A stretch of 62,599 nucleotides of DNA from an uncultured Verrucomicrobiota bacterium (lineage in GTDB: Bacteria; Verrucomicrobiota; Verrucomicrobiia; Limisphaerales; UBA8199). The position numbers and the translations under genes are program-made. Positions within the stretch are counted from its first letter, which is position 1. Each line of letters opens with the position of its first letter. The notes under the pieces are model-generated. The model saw only the letters and a program-made list of their open reading frames with translations, was not told where the DNA came from and did no database searches. This document shows, piece after piece, positions 19,508-26,423 of the stretch. The stretch is from contig CAIQQM010000227.1 of NCBI GenBank assembly GCA_903873945.1, positions 66,781-129,379 of the forward strand, in the 5' to 3' direction.

Positions 19508-20445
19508 ACCGGCACGAGATAAGTTTCATTGAAGTCCAAACCGGGAAGGCCGAGTTTGACCTCCAGTTCCCAGAACAGCGGCTTGTCGGCGGAAAGCTGC
19601 GTAGGGAATACATCCGCCGGCAGTTCGTAACGGAGGTCCATGGCTTCGTTGAGTGGAAAATTGCGCGGCTGCTCGATAATCCATCTGGCGCTCCAGATTT
19701 CCTCGTGGACGAGGACGGCATTTTGATTCTGTCCGCTGCCGCTGCGCTCCATCCATTCCTCGATGCAGCGAAGTGTAAACGTTCCCCGGTTCACCCGGTT
19801 GATACCACCGCCGGGTTGCCACCGGATGACGACCGGCTCCGGTAACCGATATGGAAAATGGACGAAAATAATTTGCGAATGACCGAACTTAAGCGCGCGC
19901 CCAAGTTGCTGCGCGGCCTGTGCCCACATTAGCAGCGCGGCGATGTCAAATAGACCGACGATGCCTTTGACTATCCACGGCCCGGTTGTTCCGAACGCCC
20001 ACCAGTTGAACATCGAAAGAAAAACGCTCAAACCGATGGCCAAACCGAGCGCCTTGGCCGCTCCCGTCCATTCGGATACAGCGAATCCGTCCGGATGCCA
20101 TGGATAATCCACCAGCGCCGGTTCGTTGGGATGACGACGCGTGGCTTCCAACCGCGAACGATTGGCTGCAAATTGTTTCCACGCTATGCCCCAGACCATG
20201 AAACCGCCCAAGACGAACGACGTGCCGGCAACCGTCAATACCCAGTAAGGCGCATGCACCGAGGCGGGATTCACTTGCAGAGCCTTCGTGCCCGTCAGAA
20301 TGATGACCGTGCCTGCGGCCACAAAGGCACCACCAAAAGCAAATTCGCCCCAGGTGGGCAGTCCTAGTTTCGCGGTGCGCCGTTGGAGAAATCCTGACAG
20401 CCGCCGGCGGCCGGCGGGAGAAATTTCATAGCGATCAGGTTGCAT
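19492..20445 (-). CDS. Hypothetical membrane protein (4 predicted TM plus a C-terminal soluble domain)
   Basis: Long ORF with an ATG at 20445 (the track start 20496 is GTG). Hydrophobic spans FAFGGAFVAAGTVIILTG, YWVLTVAGTSFVLGGFMVWGIAW, ALGLAIGLSVFLSMFNWWAF and IVGLFDIAALLMWA, then a roughly 130-aa non-hydrophobic tail. No family recognised. Confidence 0.6.
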   Translation of the reverse strand: MQPDRYEISPAGRRRLSGFLQRRTAKLGLPTWGEFAFGGAFVAAGTVIILTGTKALQVNPASVHAPYWVLTVAGTSFVLGGFMVWGIAWKQFAANRSRLEATRRHPNEPALVDYPWHPDGFAVSEWTGAAKALGLAIGLSVFLSMFNWWAFGTTGPWIVKGIVGLFDIAALLMWAQAAQQLGRALKFGHSQIIFVHFPYRLPEPVVIRWQPGGGINRVNRGTFTLRCIEEWMERSGSGQNQNAVLVHEEIWSARWIIEQPRNFPLNEAMDLRYELPADVFPTQLSADKPLFWELEVKLGLPGLDFNETYLVPVYGSV

Positions 20446-20560
20446 GCAGGTGGCACTATAATCTTCCGGCGACAGGGCGGGAAGAATAGTTCTCACCGCT
20501 CCTTCGTGGACGTTGCGCGCGTGACGACCTGTGGTCCGATTACCTTACAGCCTCGTCGAT

Positions 20561-22504
20561 TTAGCCTTTCTTGAGGAGGGCGTTCCGAAGGTTGTTGCGA
20601 GCCTTGGCTTCATCCGGTTTCAGGCGGATAGCTTCCTGGAATTGGCGGATCGCCTCGTCGATTTGGCCTTTCTTTTCAAGGGCGATGCCGAGGTTGTTGT
20701 GGGCCTCGGCATAATCCGGTCTCAGATGGACGGCTTCCTGGAATTGGCGGATAGCCTCGCCAGTTTGGCCTTTTACGCCAAGGGCCGAGCCGAGGTTGTT
20801 GTGAGCCTCGACATTATCCGGTTTGAGACGGACGGCTTCCTGAAATTGGCGAATCGCCTCGTCATTTTGGCCTTTCTTTTCGAGTGCGATGCCGAGGTTG
20901 TTGTGGGCTTCAGCATAATCTGGTCTCAGATAGATGGTTGCCTGTAATTGGCCGATCGCCTCGTCAGTTTGGCCTTTCGCGTTAAGGGCGGTACCAAGGT
21001 TGTAGTGAGCCTTGGCGTCATCCGGTTTCAGCCGGATGGTTTCCCGGAATTGGCCAATCGCCGCGTCGTTTTGGCCTTTATCGAGGAGGGCGTTACCGAG
21101 GTTGTTGTGTGCGAGGTAATTGTTTTCCGTGACTTCAAGCGCGTGCCGAAAGAGGGTTTCACTGTCCTTCCAATATCCGATCTGTTGCCATGTCAACGTG
21201 AGGCAAAGGACGAGCGCTGCCAAACCAGCCACCGATAATGCAATCATATGGTGCCGCCAGCGCCTGGCCAGTTCGCACACGCCCCAGATTGCGAGGATCA
21301 TTACCCCAAGCGATGGAATGTAAATATACCGGTCCGCCATTGCGTGGGCACCTATTTGCACCAATCCGATCACGGGCACCAACGTCCCGCAATACCACAG
21401 CCACCCGAACAGCAAAAATGGACGCCGCTGCCGCAAAGCAACAAACAGAACCGAGACACCCAATATCAACCCACCCGCCAGCAGCACCTTCTCCAACGGC
21501 CATTGTTCGATGCGTGGATAGAAAACGGCCAGATCCACCGGCCAGAACAACTTGCCCAGATAGCGGCAGTACGAAATCAGGGCGTTCCCGCTGCGCGCAC
21601 CCAGGGGCAGATTTTCACCCGTCGTCAAAGCGCCTCCGTGCTTCTGCACAACGAAGGTCACGATGCTCGCCATGACCACCAGAACAAAGAACGGGATTTT
21701 CTCCCTCATCAATCGCCCTATAGTTGAAAGTTGCTCCGAAAGTTTTCGGGGTCCAGAGTTGGAAGCTGGGGCTTCAAAGCGGTGCAAGGGCCAGTAATCC
21801 AGGAGCAACATGACGAACGGCCATGTCACCAACATCGCCTTGCTCATCAATCCAAGGGCGAAGAAGAAGAGGGACAGTGAATAGTTGATAGCTGAGGAAG
21901 ATTGAACGTCCAACTTCGAACTGGCGGCTGGCGACCCGTGATCCGCGCCCTGCGAGCGCCGTTGCGCATAACGGGCGTAAAACAACAGCGTGAGAAGCCC
22001 GAAGCAGGTGCTCAACACGTCCTTCCGCTCCGCCACCCATGCTACCGATTCCGCATGCAGGGGGTGCAACCCAAACAGGGCCGCCACCATCAGGCTCCGC
22101 CAGAGAGCGCCTGTCAGGCGGCGCAGCCATAGAAAGACCAGAAAGGTATTGATGGCGTGCAGCAACACACTGGTCAGGTGATGGCCCCAGGGCTTCAACC
22201 CGAAAAGTTGACAGTCCATCATGTGGGATACCCACGTGATAGGATGCCAGTTGGCGGCGTAGCTGTTCCGAAATGCCCACCGGACGTTTTCCAGGCTCAA
22301 TCCGCTGGTCACATGAGTATTCTCTATCACGTAGTGATCGTCATCGTAGTTGACGAAGTCACAGCGTGTCGCCGGCCAGTAAAGGGCAGTCGTCACCAGC
22401 ACCAGCATGACTGCCATCGGCCATACCGGAAAACGCGCCCGAGCCATTACAGGGACAGGTACCATCGTCGGCGTGGGTTCGGATTTCGTCGCTGGTCTGC
22501 GCAT
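20561..22504 (-). CDS. TMTC/PMT-like GT-C membrane glycosyltransferase fused to C-terminal TPR repeats
   Basis: ATG at 22504 (track start 22597 is GTG). N-terminal block CDFVNYDDDHYVIEN...NWHPITWVSHMMDCQLFGLKPWGHHLTSVLLH plus about 10 TM spans resembles TMTC/DUF1736-type O-mannosyltransferases. The C-terminus carries 5.5 TPR units. Confidence 0.72.
   Translation of the reverse strand: MRRPATKSEPTPTMVPVPVMARARFPVWPMAVMLVLVTTALYWPATRCDFVNYDDDHYVIENTHVTSGLSLENVRWAFRNSYAANWHPITWVSHMMDCQLFGLKPWGHHLTSVLLHAINTFLVFLWLRRLTGALWRSLMVAALFGLHPLHAESVAWVAERKDVLSTCFGLLTLLFYARYAQRRSQGADHGSPAASSKLDVQSSSAINYSLSLFFFALGLMSKAMLVTWPFVMLLLDYWPLHRFEAPASNSGPRKLSEQLSTIGRLMREKIPFFVLVVMASIVTFVVQKHGGALTTGENLPLGARSGNALISYCRYLGKLFWPVDLAVFYPRIEQWPLEKVLLAGGLILGVSVLFVALRQRRPFLLFGWLWYCGTLVPVIGLVQIGAHAMADRYIYIPSLGVMILAIWGVCELARRWRHHMIALSVAGLAALVLCLTLTWQQIGYWKDSETLFRHALEVTENNYLAHNNLGNALLDKGQNDAAIGQFRETIRLKPDDAKAHYNLGTALNAKGQTDEAIGQLQATIYLRPDYAEAHNNLGIALEKKGQNDEAIRQFQEAVRLKPDNVEAHNNLGSALGVKGQTGEAIRQFQEAVHLRPDYAEAHNNLGIALEKKGQIDEAIRQFQEAIRLKPDEAKARNNLRNALLKKG
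20564..21118 (-). repeat. Tandem 102-bp (34-codon TPR) repeats with a 204-bp higher-order unit
   Basis: Units AEAHNNLGIALEKKGQNDEAIRQFQEAVRLKPDN and AEAHNNLGIALEKKGQIDEAIRQFQEAIRLKPDE are near-identical. The underlying DNA is visibly repeated (ggcggatcgcctcgtcgatttggcctttcttttc... recurs as ggcgaatcgcctcgtcattttggcctttcttttc...). Confidence 0.85.
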
Positions 22505-22633
22505 ATTGAATTCCCCTAAACTACTGCGTAGGAGATCGGAAACTTTAACACGCCCATTTTGTAGCTGGAAGGAAGGCGCATTGACAAGCTCCACCACTTA
22601 CTAAACGCAGTCACGCTAAAGGAAAGGAATAAT

Positions 22634-22870
22634 ATGGAAGCCACTATGGGAAACAGGCTAGACAGTCCCGCCGTCAAAAGCCGAAGCCTGCTAAATGGAA
22701 ACCTAGTCTCTGACTTCAAGGAGAAAATCCATCGCGCGGAGCAAAAGGCGATTGAGCGCGCCAAGGTTGCTGACAAAGTTGTTCGCGAACATTCTTACCA
22801 AACCATCGGCCTTGCCCTGTGCGTGGGCGCGCTGATTGGCGTATTCGCCGGGCGCAGGCGGAAGGCTTGA
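22634..22870 (+). CDS. DUF883 (ElaB/YqjD/YgaM-like) tail-anchored protein
   Basis: 78 aa. GGAAAGGA Shine-Dalgarno before the ATG. Charged helical N-part, then a C-terminal anchor YQTIGLALCVGALIGVFAGRRR typical of the family. Confidence 0.7.
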   Translation: MEATMGNRLDSPAVKSRSLLNGNLVSDFKEKIHRAEQKAIERAKVADKVVREHSYQTIGLALCVGALIGVFAGRRRKA

Positions 22871-23058
22871 AGCCGGGCGTTGACGCTGCGGTTTTGGGTT
22901 TTCGATTGGTGTTGCAAAACCCATTCAACACCGGACCGGCTGGTACCGGAGGATTGAATGCCGGTGTTCCTATCTGCATCGGGACCTCGTCCGGGAAATC
23001 GGACGAAATCTCCTCGTTCCCAGCAACTGGGTGAGCTTGGTTAAGGAGCAGACTTTTG

Positions 23059-24138
23059 CTAAAGAAGGGAGGCGATGTAAGCCAGTCGTTCTTGAATCTC
23101 GAGATGTTGCGTACACGCCTCCTCGCATTGACCGCATTGTGTGCATGCCGCAGCCTGATCGGGAGCAATGTCCCATTGCCACTTCAGACGGTCGAGGATA
23201 GATTTGTCGCCGCCACCCAAAACCTTCTGGTTGTACGCATCCATCAGCTTCGGGATTTGCACGTTGACCGGGCAGGGAAGACAATAGCCGCACCCGGTGC
23301 AGAAACCGTTGAAACTTGCGCTGATCCTGGCTTTGAGCGTCTCGCTATGTTCGGCAGGGTAGGGGGTGAAATTCTCGACAGCCGCAATAGCTTGATCGAT
23401 TTCATGTGTTGACGCAAAGCCAACAAGCGCCAGCGTGACCGCTGGATTTGATATGTTGAAACGAAGCGCGGCCTGTGTCACATCGCGGTCAGCGGGGCCT
23501 TTCAGGAACGATAAGCGTTCCGGGTTGCGCGGGATAAGACCACCTCCGAGCGGATTCATGGTAGCCACGCCAAGCTTCAGCCGTTGGGCTGCCGCCAAGC
23601 CTTCCTGCCGGAACGGAAAGTTCAAAATGTTGTAACCGAGTGTGACCCCCTCGAAGTAGCCGCTTTCCAGGACCTTGACGATGTCCGCTCCGGCAAGATG
23701 GGTGGAGACCACAAGGTGCCGGATAAGGCCCTCCTCCCTGGCCTTGAGCGCGGTCTGGATGGCTCCGCCAGCCATCCGTTTCTCAAGTTCGTCCGGCCAG
23801 AGCAGGCACCAGATGTGAAAGAAGTCGATGCAGGAAACGCGGAGCCGCTCAAGAGATCGTTCCAGGCTGCGCCGGATTTCGCCAGCTTGCGGTGATGCGC
23901 ACTTGGTTGAACAATAAAAAGTGTTCCGCGGCATCACCGCAAACGCTCGGCCCATAATCTCTTCACTCCGGTCATCGCAGTAGATGGGCGCCGTGTCGAA
24001 ATAATTAATGCCCTTGTTGTGAGCGTAAACGACAATCTGCGCCATTTCGTCGAGTTGGGCTGGCCTCGGGAAACGCATGCCGCCAAATCCGACCACCGAG
24101 AGTCGAATGCCGGTTTTGCCGTAAGGTTTATACCACAT
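23059..24138 (-). CDS. Aldo/keto reductase with C-terminal 4Fe-4S ferredoxin-like domain
   Basis: N-terminus YGKTGIRLSVVGFGGMRF...GINYFDTAPIYCDDRSEE is AKR-like. C-terminus carries CTGCGYCLPCP and CTQCGQCEEAC cysteine motifs. Confidence 0.85.
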   Translation of the reverse strand: MWYKPYGKTGIRLSVVGFGGMRFPRPAQLDEMAQIVVYAHNKGINYFDTAPIYCDDRSEEIMGRAFAVMPRNTFYCSTKCASPQAGEIRRSLERSLERLRVSCIDFFHIWCLLWPDELEKRMAGGAIQTALKAREEGLIRHLVVSTHLAGADIVKVLESGYFEGVTLGYNILNFPFRQEGLAAAQRLKLGVATMNPLGGGLIPRNPERLSFLKGPADRDVTQAALRFNISNPAVTLALVGFASTHEIDQAIAAVENFTPYPAEHSETLKARISASFNGFCTGCGYCLPCPVNVQIPKLMDAYNQKVLGGGDKSILDRLKWQWDIAPDQAAACTQCGQCEEACTQHLEIQERLAYIASLL

Positions 24139-24214
24139 GTTGCTTTTGGCGCACTACTGTCCCGCTCAAGAAAGACATGGTTTTTACCAGGAAACGGACT
24201 ATTATTCAAAGAGA

Positions 24215-24718
24215 ATGAATGGGTTGCCGCAACGACCCCCGCTGGGTCTCCGCACCATTGCTCTCTTCGAAACCGCCAAGGGAGCTTTGGCGTTCACGGC
24301 TGCCTGCGGCCTTTTGCCATTACGCCACACTGATTTGCATGCGGCTACCGATGCATTCCTGCTCCGCCACGGCATCAATCCGGAGAGACATTATACGCGG
24401 TGGTTCATCGAAACGGTGGCCCGGGTCACCAACCACCACGTCGGCCAGATCGCCGGCCTGGCTTTCGCTTACGCCCTGATCCGCTTTGTGGAAGGTTGCG
24501 GGCTCTGGAAAGCCAAACACTGGGCGGAATGGTTTGCCGTGATCTCTGCCGGACTTTACCTTCCTTTGGAGCTTTGGCATTACGGTCGTCACCCGAGGCT
24601 GTTCACCGCCGGTGTGATACTTCTAAATGTCGCCCTCATCCTCTACCTGGGAAAGCTGCTCATTGAGCAACGACCACAGCAACTCGATCGCCCCACTACC
24701 CCGACCGCGCCATCCTAG
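24215..24718 (+). CDS. DUF2127-family membrane protein
   Basis: ATG at 24215. LRTIALFETAKGALAF...YALIRFVEGCGLWKAKHWAEWFAVISAGLYLPLELWH...LLNVALILYL matches the DUF2127 pattern as I recall it. Confidence 0.65.
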   Translation: MNGLPQRPPLGLRTIALFETAKGALAFTAACGLLPLRHTDLHAATDAFLLRHGINPERHYTRWFIETVARVTNHHVGQIAGLAFAYALIRFVEGCGLWKAKHWAEWFAVISAGLYLPLELWHYGRHPRLFTAGVILLNVALILYLGKLLIEQRPQQLDRPTTPTAPS

Positions 24719-24746
24719 CCGGATTTTTGGCGAAGGTCCCGCCCGC

Positions 24747-25856
24747 TTACTCGCTATCACTCTCTGATTTCGACAGCCCCAACTCCAATTGCTTTCCTGC
24801 GGAGCGACGAAAAGCTACCGCCAACAGATCAGGGCCGTCCTCACCCAAACCAGCCTTTCGGCAAACGGTGCGGAACATCCTGGAAATCTGCTCAGCGAAG
24901 AGCCCTTCTCCACGCATTCGCACGCTAAATCGTGAATCATTAAGTTTCCCGCCGCGCAAGGCGCGTATGCGATTCAGGACCTTCTCCTTCCGCTGCGGGA
25001 AATGAGTCATCAGCCATTGTTCGAACAATGGCGCGACCGCGAGTGGAAGGCGCAGGATCTCGTGACAGGCAAATTGCGCTCCGTAATCCCGGGCAGCTTC
25101 GATGATCGAAGGAATCTCATGTTCGGTTAGTCCCGGAATCACTGGAGCGACCATTACCCCGACTGGAATTCCAGCTTTCCCCAACGCGTGGATTGTAGCC
25201 AGACGCGCTTCCGGCGGAGATGTGCGTGGCTCCATGATGTTTCTTAGTTTGGTGTCCAGCGTTGTGACGGAAATAAACACTGCCGCCGCGTGATAGCTCG
25301 CCAGTTCAGACAGCAAGTCCAGATCACGCGTTATGAGATTGTTTTTCGTCACTACCGTCACCGGATTACGAAACTCCGCCAACACTTCCAGGCACCCGCG
25401 GGTTAACTTGAGCCGGCGTTCGATCGGCTGATACGGATCAGTGGCGCTGCTTAGCGAAATGACCTTCGGTTTCCACCGGGGTGATGACAGTTCCGCGCGG
25501 AGGAGTTTGGGCGCGTTCTCCTTGACCATGATCCTGGTTTCGAAATCCAGGCCCGCGGAGAAACCCAGGTGCTCGTGCGTTGGCCGTGCGTAACAGTAAA
25601 TGCACCCGTGCTCGCAACCGCGATACGGGTTAAGGCTGGCCTCAAAAGGGATGTCCGGGCTGTCGTTGGAACTGATAATCGTGACGCTGCGGTCCTTGAG
25701 GAACTGCGTGCGCGGCAACGGGTCCTCTTCGGGATTCCAATCGGCGTCCGGCTCGATATGGAGCTTTTCGAAGCGGTTGGGCGGGTTGCCACCAGCGCCA
25801 CGATGCGCCGCTGGTTTTCGCACAGGTTGCAAGGCACTCAAATCTCCAGCTTTCAT
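24747..25856 (-). CDS. PA0069-type radical SAM protein (SplB/COG1533-like)
   Basis: GGNPPNRFEK...NPYRGCEHGCIYCYARPTHEHLGF (CxxxCxxC radical SAM motif) with the typical N-terminal extension of this family. Confidence 0.8.
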   Translation of the reverse strand: MKAGDLSALQPVRKPAAHRGAGGNPPNRFEKLHIEPDADWNPEEDPLPRTQFLKDRSVTIISSNDSPDIPFEASLNPYRGCEHGCIYCYARPTHEHLGFSAGLDFETRIMVKENAPKLLRAELSSPRWKPKVISLSSATDPYQPIERRLKLTRGCLEVLAEFRNPVTVVTKNNLITRDLDLLSELASYHAAAVFISVTTLDTKLRNIMEPRTSPPEARLATIHALGKAGIPVGVMVAPVIPGLTEHEIPSIIEAARDYGAQFACHEILRLPLAVAPLFEQWLMTHFPQRKEKVLNRIRALRGGKLNDSRFSVRMRGEGLFAEQISRMFRTVCRKAGLGEDGPDLLAVAFRRSAGKQLELGLSKSESDSE

Positions 25857-25874
25857 TCCTGGCCCTCGATCTAT

Positions 25875-26207
25875 TCAAATCTTCCGCGCGCGCCTATGGG
25901 CCGCAACACGTTTTTCCGCCTCAAGGTTTACCCGGCGGCTTCCGCAGATGGACAATGGTCGCCCCCCAGCCGCCGTATTGAGGGTGGTCGAGAGTGAAAA
26001 AACGACGTCCGGATGCCTGGAGAGGATGGAGTGAACGGTGTGCCGCAGGTTGCCAATCCCTTTGCCATGAATAATTCTCACCTGGAAAATGCCGCGCTCG
26101 AGGCAGGTCGCCAGGTAATCCGGGACAAGTTCCTTTATCTCTCGCGGATGGAAATTATGCAGATCCAGAACTCCATCAATGGGAAGTTGAATGGGCTCGT
26201 CCATCAT
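25875..26207 (-). CDS. Smr-domain protein
   Basis: 110 aa. LDLHNFHPREIKELVPDYL...VRIIHGKGIGNLRHTV is an Smr (MutS2 C-terminal-like) motif. Its stop lies 18 nt upstream of the radical SAM gene's start, on the same strand. Confidence 0.8.
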   Translation of the reverse strand: MMDEPIQLPIDGVLDLHNFHPREIKELVPDYLATCLERGIFQVRIIHGKGIGNLRHTVHSILSRHPDVVFSLSTTLNTAAGGRPLSICGSRRVNLEAEKRVAAHRRARKI

Positions 26208-26258
26208 CCATCAAGCTAGCCGCTACCGCTATTTTGTCACGATATGACTGTGGCGTCC

Positions 26259-26267
26259 GGGGGGGGG
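26259..26267. repeat. G9 homopolymer in the Smr/cstA divergent intergenic region
   Basis: tccgggggggggcga read directly. Located 52 nt upstream of the Smr start and 157 nt upstream of the cstA start. Confidence 0.9.
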
Positions 26268-26423
26268 CGATTAATCTCAGCCGAACAGGAAAGATTTGAT
26301 TCCGGTTGCGCGCCTCTTAAGATCGGGCATCAACATCAAAATCCGACAAGCGCAATTGTCCGCTGCCCCGGTCATCGCTCATTCTAACCTCTGGCGGGCG
26401 GAAGAGATGGAACGCTTGCAAGA

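Noticed and set aside
20531-21238. Plus-strand ORFs with repetitive LADRLVDLAFL-type sequence, which at first looked like a separate repeat protein or an array
   Set aside because: They mirror the minus-strand TPR-coding tandem repeats. This is not a CRISPR array: the 102-bp period has no unique spacers and lies inside a long ORF with canonical TPR consensus.
22896-22968. Two hairpins between the convergent DUF883 and aldo/keto reductase genes: GGGTTTT-13 nt-AAAACCC at 22896-22922, and AACACCGG...CCGGTGTT at 22927-22968
   Set aside because: The stems are real, but neither is followed by a U-tract on either strand and the loops are long. They may be Rho-independent-like structures or stabilisers, but I cannot support a terminator call.
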